Of a stretch of 64,000 nt of DNA, positions 17,600 through 27,038 are shown in pieces. Under the pieces are notes generated by a model. That model was given only the letters and a program-made list of their open reading frames with translations. It searched no databases and was not told the DNA's origin. The translations under genes and the position numbers were made by a program. Source of the stretch: a virus; IMG/VR virus record IMGVR_UViG_3300047160_021165, positions 589-64,588 of that record. One strand, given 5' to 3'. The first letter of the stretch is position 1, and the number at the start of each line of letters is the position of its first letter.

Positions 17600-18206
17600 C
17601 TTCACCTGCCTCCAAATAATATAGGCCAACCATAATTGAATCAGCCATATCCCCATGAGAAGAATTTACTAAGGGATCTAAAGTTAGTTTAAATCTATCA
17701 TTTACAAATCTAGAAGACAAGGTTTTCCAATCGATGATTGGAAGTTTATCTTTGCCTCTAAGTTTCTTGTTTAATTTTTTCCTGTCTGTATTCAGTAACT
17801 TATCCTGAGCACTAAGCTTGATTCCGAAGAAAGGCCTCCATCCATAAGTACCTGAAACATCTACGTAAAAGAGGTCACCTGGGTAGGAAATCAGGCGATC
17901 TACTAGGACAAAGTGTAGACCGTCCAGAACTTTGCCAGTTAGTCTGGATTTATGGGATACAACCTCTTCGATAGCCAATACTTTGGGGTCATACTTCTGA
18001 ATCAATTCAAGTATTTGTTCTACAATGTCTTTGATTTTAAGTGCCTGGAATATAGGATATCTATAAGTGGGCTTCTTTTTAACTATTGGATTTTTAACCC
18101 TAGGTTGTATACACCCGTATTCCAGTAAAGCTTTAGATTCCAGAGAAAACAAGCTCCAGCCCGTGCAAGTGGTCGAAAGGTCCAACGCTAATACTACTTC
18201 TTTCAT
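17571..18206 (-). CDS. RuvC-like Holliday junction resolvase
   Basis: VLALDLSTTCTGW, AIEE and DMADS acidic motifs of the RNase H fold. Confidence 0.8.
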   Translation of the reverse strand: MKEVVLALDLSTTCTGWSLFSLESKALLEYGCIQPRVKNPIVKKKPTYRYPIFQALKIKDIVEQILELIQKYDPKVLAIEEVVSHKSRLTGKVLDGLHFVLVDRLISYPGDLFYVDVSGTYGWRPFFGIKLSAQDKLLNTDRKKLNKKLRGKDKLPIIDWKTLSSRFVNDRFKLTLDPLVNSSHGDMADSIMVGLYYLEAGEDGRYVSTGE

Positions 18207-18517
18207 AAATCGTCTATTGCTCTTCTCTTTTTTCCGTCTTTATCTAGCCAGCCGCTCATATAGGCTGCTTCTGTGGAATTTGTTTCTATGAGATCCCCCA
18301 TTTCCACGTCTCTGGAGTGTTTACGAGCCCTTTCCCTAAGGATCTTTTCTTGACCCACCATTTGGGATATTCCCCGTTCTGCATCCTTCTTTTCCATGAA
18401 CTTAGTCTGAGGACCGGAAATAACCAATTCTGAAGGCACGTCACAATGAGATGGTGTATTCGTCTTGGTTTGATATTCTAATGCGCATTTAGGGCATTTC
18501 CAAGCTTTTAGAGCCAT
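18203..18517 (-). CDS. Zn-ribbon (FmdB-like) protein
   Basis: WKCPKC...HC at the N-terminus. Confidence 0.5.
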   Translation of the reverse strand: MALKAWKCPKCALEYQTKTNTPSHCDVPSELVISGPQTKFMEKKDAERGISQMVGQEKILRERARKHSRDVEMGDLIETNSTEAAYMSGWLDKDGKKRRAIDDL

Positions 18518-20372
18518 GTTTACTTACCCCCTCCCGGTATTCCACATGAAATGTTTCGTTTACTATAGCTTTAGTTACTGGACTGTGTTCTATGATTATG
18601 GTGGTTCCAGGCAATTTTCTTAATAATTCTACCACTTTTTCTTGGCTGGACTCACTCAAATCCTTCATTGGCTCATCTAGAATCCTGAAGCTGATATCTT
18701 TACTGCTTCTAGATTCTATTAAATCCGCCAAAGCTAGGCTAGTTCCTATCTCAATTCTACGCCCTTGACCCCCAGAAAACATAGCCAAAGGTCTGGTTAT
18801 ACCGTCCAGGGTCACTTCAGTTAAGATCTTGGAAACATTACCTTCTTCGTCTTCATTGAAAAATCTAATGCTTATAGGCAGTTCAAACAGTTCCTGAGTA
18901 TATTCGGTGGATTTTCTTGACAATTCTTCAAGAAGTCCTTGAAATATGTGAGATTTAATCTCCTTAAAACCATCCTTGAGAAGTTCCAACTTACTTAATT
19001 CTTTAATTTTTTCCTGCAATTGGAGCTCCAATACATCCAATTTAGAAACTTGACTAGAAAGCATTTCTTCTTTGGAGTTTATAAGATTTTCATCCACGTT
19101 GCATTTTCTATTGGTTTCTAAATTGATTTCAGCTTCCAGGCTCTTTAGATCCCCATACAATCTCATTTTGTCTAGTTCTGCTCGATCTAATCTAGCTATT
19201 TCCTTCTCTATTCTTGACTTCTCCAGTAGTAAAGCTTCTGTTTTTCCAGAACATTCTTGTAAATTTTGTATGAGCTCTGTAGAATCTTTTTCTTTGAAGG
19301 ATTCCAAAGCTTCCATAATCGAAAGCCTATCCTGCATCAGACCCTCCAGCAAAGACATATTTCTAATTCGCATTTCTGATAGCCTGAGTTCCCCTTCTTC
19401 CGTAAGCACTGAATAACAGATGGGGCAATAGTGGTCTGCTACGGTATGAGATTTTATTTCATATTTTACATTCTCTATTTCTTTTTCTACATCTTTGAGA
19501 TTACTGACTATTTTTATCTTTTCGGAATTAGAGAGCTTAATTTCGTTTAAAGCATCATTTAGCTGTTTTCCCAAAAGCCTTAAATCCTTTATAGACTTCT
19601 CTTTTTCTTCCAATTCTATATTTTTGGCCTGAATGTAACTTTGTGTGTCCTGGGAGCCTTCTATAGAAATGAGCTCAACCACGATTTTAGATACTTTATC
19701 CCGTAACCGGCTCACTTTGGAGGCTTTTTCCGAGTCGAAGCTGGACATCATTTTTTTCAGGTTATCGACTATTATGGCATCCGCTTCTATCTGAATTCCT
19801 AGTTTACTGAAATCGCTACCCATTTTAGATATTTCTGAGGAAACTGAGGCTATTAGCTCTAGGGTTCGTTTCCTGGCTTTATCGAATACAGTTAAATCCT
19901 GGATTTCCGAAAGAATGGCTGACTTTTCCAACTCATTGGAAGTTATAAACTTTTTAGGATAGTTTTGGGCAAAATAGATGCTTTGGCAAAAGGCTTCGAA
20001 GTCTAAGCCTATATAAGCATTTATTAGAGTTTGAGTGTCTTTGGCATCTTTACCCTTGATAACCTTTCCGGAGGCATCTTTAAGGTAAAGATCGTTTGGA
20101 TGGCGGGATCGAGTTATAGATCCACCGGATAGAAGAAAGACGGTACTACGACCAGAGTCCGAGCCTTGTCGGATAATATCGTCAATTCGGGCAGACTTGG
20201 GTATTCGTCCGTAAAGAGTCCAACATAGTATGTTAGGGATCGAACTCTTCCCCGATCCCTCACTTGTATTATCATCATAATTGAACCCCGTTATCTGCGT
20301 TACACCGGAACCGATCTGGTAGTCTAAGCGTTCCCAAGAAAATAGATTAGAGGCTGTTATCCTACTAAACAT
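18489..20372 (-). CDS. sbcC: Rad50/SbcC-like (gp46-like) ATPase
   Basis: Walker A GSGKSS, coiled coil with CPIC zinc hook, signature FSGGQ, Walker B ILDEP and H-loop IEHS. Confidence 0.92.
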   Translation of the reverse strand: MFSRITASNLFSWERLDYQIGSGVTQITGFNYDDNTSEGSGKSSIPNILCWTLYGRIPKSARIDDIIRQGSDSGRSTVFLLSGGSITRSRHPNDLYLKDASGKVIKGKDAKDTQTLINAYIGLDFEAFCQSIYFAQNYPKKFITSNELEKSAILSEIQDLTVFDKARKRTLELIASVSSEISKMGSDFSKLGIQIEADAIIVDNLKKMMSSFDSEKASKVSRLRDKVSKIVVELISIEGSQDTQSYIQAKNIELEEKEKSIKDLRLLGKQLNDALNEIKLSNSEKIKIVSNLKDVEKEIENVKYEIKSHTVADHYCPICYSVLTEEGELRLSEMRIRNMSLLEGLMQDRLSIMEALESFKEKDSTELIQNLQECSGKTEALLLEKSRIEKEIARLDRAELDKMRLYGDLKSLEAEINLETNRKCNVDENLINSKEEMLSSQVSKLDVLELQLQEKIKELSKLELLKDGFKEIKSHIFQGLLEELSRKSTEYTQELFELPISIRFFNEDEEGNVSKILTEVTLDGITRPLAMFSGGQGRRIEIGTSLALADLIESRSSKDISFRILDEPMKDLSESSQEKVVELLRKLPGTTIIIEHSPVTKAIVNETFHVEYREGVSKHGSKSLEMP

Positions 20373-21315
20373 TTTTAAGAATCCTTAGGCCTAAGTCAAT
20401 TATATCGTTATTATATTTTTTTACCTCAGAGGCCCATTGGTTGAATTGGACCTCCGGACTTTGAACTTCGTTAATCTCTTTGGATAATTTGGTTAATTCT
20501 GGCTTTTCTATATACTTGATTCCAGGTAACCTGGGGAATTGTTTAAGATCTTCTGGTTTCCCGGTGAGGATGATTCTATTATAATGATAAAGATCTATTC
20601 CTGGATGATTTTTAGTCTGCGAAGCGTCTATTGTGATGGTTTTGTGTCTAGGAAAAGGGGTTTCTAGAAGCTCCAATTCCATGGTATCTGTATCTAAAAT
20701 CCCTAAGTACTTGTCTTGATTGGATTCCCCAAAAGAATGACTAAATGGAGTGCCCAAATAAGTAATATTATTAAGCTTTTGATATTTGTGATAATGCCCT
20801 GATACTATCATGGGATAGTGTGCTAGATCCTCTAGGTCTAAACCCTCTTTGCTCAGTAGGCCATTCCCGTAATCAAAACCCTTAATATCAGCATGGCAGA
20901 ATATTATGTCAGCCTTTTTAACGCTTTCTAGGGCTTCTCTGAGTTTCTTAGGATCATGGATATAGGGGACCATGGCTAGGAATTTACCGTGTTCGTCTTC
21001 GTCCGTGTAAAGGCCTCTGGGGGAATTTACTAGTCTGACATTGGATAGATGGCCTAAAGCTTGTAGAGCGTGTTCTTCGCTATCTAAAGCGAACCGGTCG
21101 TGGTTACCGACCAGTACAGAGAAGAACAACTTGGAGTTTCTCATTCTTTTGAGATATAAGTTAAGGCATTTACCTCGAATCAGCTCTTTAGTATCTAGTA
21201 GATCGCCCAAAATGATACAGTCATTGCCAAGATCTTCAATCATGTCGAATAACTGGTTCATTTTGTCCAGATTATCCAACCTGCAGTGGGGATCTCCAAC
21301 GACTGTAAATTTCAC
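20365..21315 (-). CDS. sbcD: Mre11/SbcD-like (gp47-like) nuclease
   Basis: GDPH, GDLLD, GNHD and GHYH metallophosphoesterase motifs; coupled to sbcC. Confidence 0.9.
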   Translation of the reverse strand: MKFTVVGDPHCRLDNLDKMNQLFDMIEDLGNDCIILGDLLDTKELIRGKCLNLYLKRMRNSKLFFSVLVGNHDRFALDSEEHALQALGHLSNVRLVNSPRGLYTDEDEHGKFLAMVPYIHDPKKLREALESVKKADIIFCHADIKGFDYGNGLLSKEGLDLEDLAHYPMIVSGHYHKYQKLNNITYLGTPFSHSFGESNQDKYLGILDTDTMELELLETPFPRHKTITIDASQTKNHPGIDLYHYNRIILTGKPEDLKQFPRLPGIKYIEKPELTKLSKEINEVQSPEVQFNQWASEVKKYNNDIIDLGLRILKNV

Positions 21316-21317
21316 GA

Positions 21318-22247
21318 CTAATCCTCTTTTTTATCGCTCACTTCTATGCCTTTGGCTGAAATCTTGAAATCCATGCTTTTTGGCAGAGTTCTAGGAGCTC
21401 CTTCTGAATCTACTGCTGACTTTTGGAAGTGATTCTTGAAGGTTGACCAACGAACGAAGGTTCCAGCTTTTACTTTGACTTTGTTGGAATCTCGAACCCA
21501 GTCTCCAGTTCTTTGGGAATGGATACCGATCATAGTATAGAATTTCAACCCTTTACCACCAGCTTCTACTTTTCCAACAGAACCGATATTATCATAGGTA
21601 TAGTTAACAAGCAAGCATGCAATGGGGTGTTGGGCCATGAGAGCTATAAGTCTGCCCAATCCCAGGCGATTTGTCTTGGACGCACCACCCACTTTTTGGT
21701 GTTCTTGGGTAATATCCAGTTCGGCATCTCTCAAAGAAATAGTGTTACCGAAAGAATCGAATACAAACAAGATCTTAGCTTCTGGGTAGCTTTTGAAGAA
21801 CGCTGTAATAGAGCGGAAACTTAAGTCAAAAGCTTCTTCAGTAATGTTGGTTTCGATGATCAAGACGCCGTTAGGATCTACTCCCCAGGCTTCCAGATCT
21901 TCTTTGGAAGTTTTACCTTCGGTTTCTACGTAGATGATTCCATGTCCTTGAGCTTGTGCTGCTTTCATAGCCGCGATACAGAGAGATGTTTTACCGGTAT
22001 CTGAATCCCCGGCGATTTGGACGATCTTGCCGAATGGTAACCCGGGAACACCATAAGCATAATCAAACCATTCTGGCATGATTACGTAATCATTAGGATT
22101 TTTAGAAATAGGGTTCAACTCATTGGCCACTCCAATCTTTGCCCCCTCTAGATCCCTCTTATCTTTTTTAAGAGTTTCCTTGATATCCCCGATAATACTG
22201 GAGAAGTTAAATCCGCCTGCTTTAGGTGCTGTTGGTTCTTTTTTCAT
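21318..22247 (-). CDS. recA: RecA/UvsX-like recombinase
   Basis: GLPFGKIVQIAGDSDTGKT, YVETE and FVFDS. Confidence 0.88.
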   Translation of the reverse strand: MKKEPTAPKAGGFNFSSIIGDIKETLKKDKRDLEGAKIGVANELNPISKNPNDYVIMPEWFDYAYGVPGLPFGKIVQIAGDSDTGKTSLCIAAMKAAQAQGHGIIYVETEGKTSKEDLEAWGVDPNGVLIIETNITEEAFDLSFRSITAFFKSYPEAKILFVFDSFGNTISLRDAELDITQEHQKVGGASKTNRLGLGRLIALMAQHPIACLLVNYTYDNIGSVGKVEAGGKGLKFYTMIGIHSQRTGDWVRDSNKVKVKAGTFVRWSTFKNHFQKSAVDSEGAPRTLPKSMDFKISAKGIEVSDKKED

Positions 22248-22250
22248 TGA

Positions 22251-22628
22251 TTATTCCTTTGCAAAGTTGCGGTAGAGTATATGTGCATTATTGAAAACTT
22301 CTATATAGGCTTTGATCTTAACTATTTCTTGCTCACAACGCTCCAGAGCTTCTCTGAATTCGTTATAAGCCGAATCGCTATCAACTAGGATCTTCTTTTC
22401 CGTAACCTTATTGTCTGGAAGCTTGCCCCAGGCTTGGGCGTGGGATAAAGAGACCATGGTGCTGAGCTTGATTCTATCTTCCTCGCAAGCTCTTCTGGCT
22501 TCGGTCAAGAATGCAACCATTACAAGGAAGGAAGTAGCTCGATCAGCGGCTTCCTTAACAGCCCTTTGGCTGTATTTGATGAGTTCTACGTGTTCATCTA
22601 TTTGGGCTTGAAGTGCTGGGTCTAGCAT
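22251..22628 (-). CDS. Helical protein, possible UvsY-like recombination mediator
   Basis: 125 aa, all-helical, directly upstream of recA; similarity judged by eye only. Confidence 0.4.
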   Translation of the reverse strand: MLDPALQAQIDEHVELIKYSQRAVKEAADRATSFLVMVAFLTEARRACEEDRIKLSTMVSLSHAQAWGKLPDNKVTEKKILVDSDSAYNEFREALERCEQEIVKIKAYIEVFNNAHILYRNFAKE

Positions 22629-22637
22629 AGTTTCGCC

Positions 22638-23411
22638 TTAATGTGGAAGGGGTACTTTAAAGATAATCAGGGATAAGATGGTTCCTGCTACAATTGCGGC
22701 ATCCTTCAGGTAGTTTTCTGGTTCAGCCTTAGTTATGACTTTTTCTTTGGGGTCTACGGAAACTTCACCACCAGTTACTGGAAGCGCGTATTCTTGGCCC
22801 TTCCATTTTTTAAGCGTCGGCTGAGTATCAGCTAATCCGTTTTCTTGTGGAACTAAATAAGCTTTTGAAACTACTCTGACTTTTCCAGTTTTAGCATCTT
22901 GGATTTGGACTGAATCTAACTTTAACTGGAAGGAATAATTGTCCTTTTCTACTTCCCCAGTCTTTTTTACCAAAACATAACCGATTGGAGGGGAATCTTT
23001 TCCTGCTATTCGGAGCTCGTTTATTACATAACCTTTCTTAGCATCTGGAGATAAGAAAGAGTAATCTGAATCCTTTTGAATAGTTTTTGTGTTAGTTACT
23101 GTAATTACTTGACTTTGTTCGGAATTGATCTTTTCCTTCTTAGCCAGCTTTACTTCCTTCCACTTTTTGCCTACTTGAGATTTCAGAGCTCTTTGGCTTT
23201 TGTAAGAAGTTTTAAGTTGAGCTACATCTTTGGTGAGCTGAACATATTTTTGTTGAGTATCTATGAGTTTATCGTATTGCTCTTGAGCTGCCGCTCTTTC
23301 ACTCGTGAGAATTTGGTTCATTCTATAGAACTTATACCCCACGAAGGCTAGGCTCAAAACCGCTACCACCGCTATAAAGTGTGCTAGATAAGTTTTCAAT
23401 AAGGCTAACAT
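22638..23411 (-). CDS. Membrane-anchored coiled-coil protein
   Basis: N-terminal TM, coiled coil and hydrophobic C-terminal tail. Confidence 0.55.
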   Translation of the reverse strand: MLALLKTYLAHFIAVVAVLSLAFVGYKFYRMNQILTSERAAAQEQYDKLIDTQQKYVQLTKDVAQLKTSYKSQRALKSQVGKKWKEVKLAKKEKINSEQSQVITVTNTKTIQKDSDYSFLSPDAKKGYVINELRIAGKDSPPIGYVLVKKTGEVEKDNYSFQLKLDSVQIQDAKTGKVRVVSKAYLVPQENGLADTQPTLKKWKGQEYALPVTGGEVSVDPKEKVITKAEPENYLKDAAIVAGTILSLIIFKVPLPH

Positions 23412-23419
23412 GATGGATC

Positions 23420-23677
23420 CTATTTTTGTTGCGTATTATTGTTTTGGCCTACGCTTGGGGCTGGATTCCCAGCTCTACGAAGTACGTAGATACCGCCTAA
23501 AGCTCCCATAGCTGCTGCATATTCGCTACCGCTGAAAGGGGGGAACATAATGTCTCCCATATGCATCCCAGCAAAAAGAAGCTTTATGTGTACGATTATC
23601 GCACCCATCACGAAGATTGTCAAGGTAGCCGACTTATTACCGGCAGTATCAGTCAATAGAAAATTGGAGAAGTTCAC
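23420..23677 (-). CDS. Small two-TM protein (holin candidate)
   Basis: 85 aa, two TM segments and a polar tail. Confidence 0.45.
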   Translation of the reverse strand: MNFSNFLLTDTAGNKSATLTIFVMGAIIVHIKLLFAGMHMGDIMFPPFSGSEYAAAMGALGGIYVLRRAGNPAPSVGQNNNTQQK

Positions 23678-24326
23678 TTGCTAACCCCCTAGCATAGTTT
23701 TTGATGGCCGCCTCGAACTCTAATAACCCAGCATCATTTACTATTACTTTATCTGCCCTGACTGCCATTTTCTTTAAAAAAGACTCAGATACGTGGGTAT
23801 CTGCTTTGGAGTAATTTTCAGCTCTAAGATTGGAAATATATATGAGTCTTAATCTGGTGGAATTATTGTAAAAATAGTCTAGCTCTTCTGGAAACCGTAA
23901 ATCAGTGATAATACCTACTTTTTTATCTGAAACTGGAACTGCATTCTTGCAATGGATCATTTCGTCTATGGAGCGTAAAATTTCAGTCCCTGCGTATTGG
24001 GCTATTTGTCTGGGAGTATTCAGAATTTTCCCAATATGAACCCTAAAGTGAGTATTGTAGTCCAGACCCTGAATATCTATACCGTAAGCTTTGTAGATTT
24101 GATTTAGGGCTTTTTGACTAATATATACCGGAACTTCTAGATTCTTTTCTTTATACCGATGATCATCGAAATGATCCCTGGGAATAGAGAAAATAGAGGA
24201 GCAAACTTCCTTCAACTTTTTGGCCAAAGTAATTTCTTCAACATCCATCACGGACTGTATGATTTTAAAGGCTGTTGTTTTCCCAGCCCCTTTAGCGCCT
24301 ATTAAGCCTATCAAAATTTCCATCAC
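23649..24326 (-). CDS. Deoxynucleoside monophosphate kinase (T4 gp1-like)
   Basis: IGLIGAKGAGKTT, LAKKLK, PRQIAQYAGTEILR and ITDLRFPEE. Confidence 0.88.
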   Translation of the reverse strand: MMEILIGLIGAKGAGKTTAFKIIQSVMDVEEITLAKKLKEVCSSIFSIPRDHFDDHRYKEKNLEVPVYISQKALNQIYKAYGIDIQGLDYNTHFRVHIGKILNTPRQIAQYAGTEILRSIDEMIHCKNAVPVSDKKVGIITDLRFPEELDYFYNNSTRLRLIYISNLRAENYSKADTHVSESFLKKMAVRADKVIVNDAGLLEFEAAIKNYARGLASELLQFSID

Positions 24327-24340
24327 TCCTCCATCCGAAA

Positions 24341-24369
24341 ACTCTACTATATTTGGGCAAAAAAGTCAA
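24341..24369 (-). promoter_or_regulatory. sigma70-type promoter TTGACT-N17-TAGAGT
   Basis: Intergenic between the polA stop and the dNMP kinase start, exact 17-nt spacer. Confidence 0.5.
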
Positions 24370-24371
24370 GA

Positions 24372-27017
24372 TTATTTAGCATCCCTTAAGGTACTTGCGA
24401 TGAGTGGCTCAGCTATCATGGGGATTTCTACTAATTTGGTGTAAATATTGTGTTCCATCGATTCCTGAATGATAGCAACTACTTCCTTAATTCTAGATTT
24501 TTCCCCATAGACGGTAATCTCATCATGAACTTGGAGGCATACCCATGCTCTCAATCCAGCTTTCTTGAATTTGCGGGTCATATCCAACATGGCTCTGTTG
24601 GTTAAATGTGCTCCTAGAGCCTGGATTGGGAAGTTTTTGGCATTGTTAAGCTCATTCTTATACATGGATCGGACAAAACCCCAATCCCTATATTTCTTCT
24701 TCTTTTCGTCAAAGAGAGAGAATCCTAGTTCCTCGGAGAGTTTAGTCAAGTGAGCCTTAGTTAAACCCCTATAGTTCATTTTCTTAAGCTCTTTATTCTT
24801 CTCATCAAAGAACTCCTCGTAATCCATTCCAACATCTCTAAGAAGTCTGAATACTTTAGGAGCGAATTCGAAATGGCGTCTACGTCCTACAAGGGTTTCC
24901 ACGAATCCGTTGGCATTTGCCTCTGCTTCCTGGCGTAGCATATATTTATGGAGTTCTCGGTAAGTATCCAGATATTTATCCCTAAATGCTTTTCCACGTT
25001 CTACATCTAGAAACTCTTTCGCCTCTCCCTGGAATACCACCTTGACTTTGAAGTCCATTAAGTTAGCCACTTGTGGCGCTCTGGCCCCGTAAGGAATGCC
25101 TAGAACTACCGGTTTGACCATGTCTCTTTTGGATTTATCCATCTTTTTTAAGAAATTAGGAGCATTTGGATCCGCTGAAAATTTACCATCTTTATCTTCC
25201 ATGTCGCAATAAATCTTGGAATATAGATCTAGATTGGCTAGATATACCTCTTTGAGCTTAGGATCCCCCGAAACTTCCGCAAAACAACGGGGTTCAAGAG
25301 AGCTGTAGTCAGCGTTGGCTATATCCATTCCTTCGGGGGATATGAAACCCTCCTTAATGGCGGAAGGGCTTAATATATCGGTGAAATCCGAATTACATGC
25401 GTTGCAATGCATATTTGTAAGTAGTTTTATGCGTTTTGATACATGAATATCTTTACTGCCGCATTTGTAGCATTTATCAGTTTCCTCTACCTTGGGTAGC
25501 GTTTGAAGGTTAAATCCTCCCCCGCAAGCAAAACGGCCGGATATGGTACCGTGTTGCATCATATCCATGTATAAGTAGCCTTTATAATTGAGATTTATGG
25601 CGGGTAATATGTAAGTGCCGTATAGCTTTTCCAATTTCTTATATAAAAGCAATGGTTTGACGAAATCATGCTTTTGAAGGAAATAGGTTTCTAGAACCTC
25701 AGCCTTCATGGAGGGGATTACGTTTTCTGGGGTAGCTGATTCAGTCTGAGGTAATTTGGCTCCATCGTAGCCTAATTTCGAGCAGAAGAGCCATCGGAGA
25801 TGCTGATCGGAGTTTATATTGAACTGGAACCTACGGCCCTCAGAAGCGATATAAAGCTCCTTTTTGATCTCATTCAGCCTATCTTCTGAATATCTGAGCT
25901 CATTGTAACCAAGAATGTATCCCCAAAGCCAATGAGGATCTTTATCGTAAGCATCCTGAACTGCTTTCTTGGCTAGAGATTCCTTACCTTTTTGGATAGG
26001 ATAAGGGAGATTTTCTAGTTCTATGATTCTTTCTATGAGCTTACGTTTGGTAACGGAAGCATCGATAGATTTACCTTTGGTGAAACCTTGCAATAACTGG
26101 CTGGACTCTAAAGCTTTTATGATATCGTGTTCTAGATCTTGGAGTTTTTGATGTGTTTCAGTTTCCATCTCTACGAAATGCTGGACGTTGATTCGAACTC
26201 CATTCCTACGCATGGGAATAACAACTTCTCTACATAATGGCATTACTTCTTCTTCAAAGAACCATTTCCAGCGTTTATCGGATTCTTCTTCAGAGAACTT
26301 CTGCATGCCCACTTCGAATACGCCATAGGTAAGGAAGGTATCCGCAACGGCGTATTTACCCAAAACTTCCAGATCTGCCCTCCAGATATGTTTCTGGGAT
26401 TTGTTATAGGTTCCCCCGTTTTTGATCACGGAATCGCCCATTTCGAGTTGTTCTTGGTTGGCTTCCTGATCAGCAGAAATGCCCAGATCCTTTTGCCAAA
26501 GTTTGGCTATTTCCTTCAATCCAGCCGAAGTGTTCTCATCTAGAACGTGTTTGAGAAGTACAGTATCGCAGAGTACATGGGGGGATAGATCCACTCCAGA
26601 TGCCTTTTCCAGAACCAAGCAGTCGAATGGGGCATTATGCATGAGTAATTTGGTATCAGCTCCAATTATCCAACGCGTCAGGAAATCGGCCAACCATTCA
26701 GGGGGTTTATATTGATCCTGGGTAACATCTTCTGGGTAATAAGCGTCTCTCCAGAAATCCTTGAGTCTACCCTCAGTATAGACTCCCTTGGAGTTCTGAG
26801 AACCGTCGGTAGGAACCCAGTGCAAGAAAGGGATATAAAATCCTGATTTAGAGTCTGTAGAAATAGATAAACCTATAATTACATCTTTCCAGAATGCCAA
26901 GCCGTTAGTTTCGGTATCTACTGAAAGTATCTCGAATCTAGGTTTATCCCCATTCATGAGAAATTCATCCAATTGGAGAATATCCTCAAAGGATCGAATA
27001 ATGTTGTATTTATCCAC
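24372..27017 (-). CDS. polA: Family A DNA polymerase with 3'-5' exonuclease domain
   Basis: Exo motifs DTETNG, HNAPFD and YAVAD; motif A ADYSSLEPR, motif B RDMVKPVVLGIPYG, motif C QVHDEI. Confidence 0.95.
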   Translation of the reverse strand: MDKYNIIRSFEDILQLDEFLMNGDKPRFEILSVDTETNGLAFWKDVIIGLSISTDSKSGFYIPFLHWVPTDGSQNSKGVYTEGRLKDFWRDAYYPEDVTQDQYKPPEWLADFLTRWIIGADTKLLMHNAPFDCLVLEKASGVDLSPHVLCDTVLLKHVLDENTSAGLKEIAKLWQKDLGISADQEANQEQLEMGDSVIKNGGTYNKSQKHIWRADLEVLGKYAVADTFLTYGVFEVGMQKFSEEESDKRWKWFFEEEVMPLCREVVIPMRRNGVRINVQHFVEMETETHQKLQDLEHDIIKALESSQLLQGFTKGKSIDASVTKRKLIERIIELENLPYPIQKGKESLAKKAVQDAYDKDPHWLWGYILGYNELRYSEDRLNEIKKELYIASEGRRFQFNINSDQHLRWLFCSKLGYDGAKLPQTESATPENVIPSMKAEVLETYFLQKHDFVKPLLLYKKLEKLYGTYILPAINLNYKGYLYMDMMQHGTISGRFACGGGFNLQTLPKVEETDKCYKCGSKDIHVSKRIKLLTNMHCNACNSDFTDILSPSAIKEGFISPEGMDIANADYSSLEPRCFAEVSGDPKLKEVYLANLDLYSKIYCDMEDKDGKFSADPNAPNFLKKMDKSKRDMVKPVVLGIPYGARAPQVANLMDFKVKVVFQGEAKEFLDVERGKAFRDKYLDTYRELHKYMLRQEAEANANGFVETLVGRRRHFEFAPKVFRLLRDVGMDYEEFFDEKNKELKKMNYRGLTKAHLTKLSEELGFSLFDEKKKKYRDWGFVRSMYKNELNNAKNFPIQALGAHLTNRAMLDMTRKFKKAGLRAWVCLQVHDEITVYGEKSRIKEVVAIIQESMEHNIYTKLVEIPMIAEPLIASTLRDAK

Positions 27018-27038
27018 TAGGTTGCCCTCCTAGTTAGT

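Noticed and set aside
25380-25500. Intein or intron in polA
   Set aside because: The insert is only about 35 aa, in frame, and lacks splicing motifs (N-terminal C/S block, C-terminal HN).
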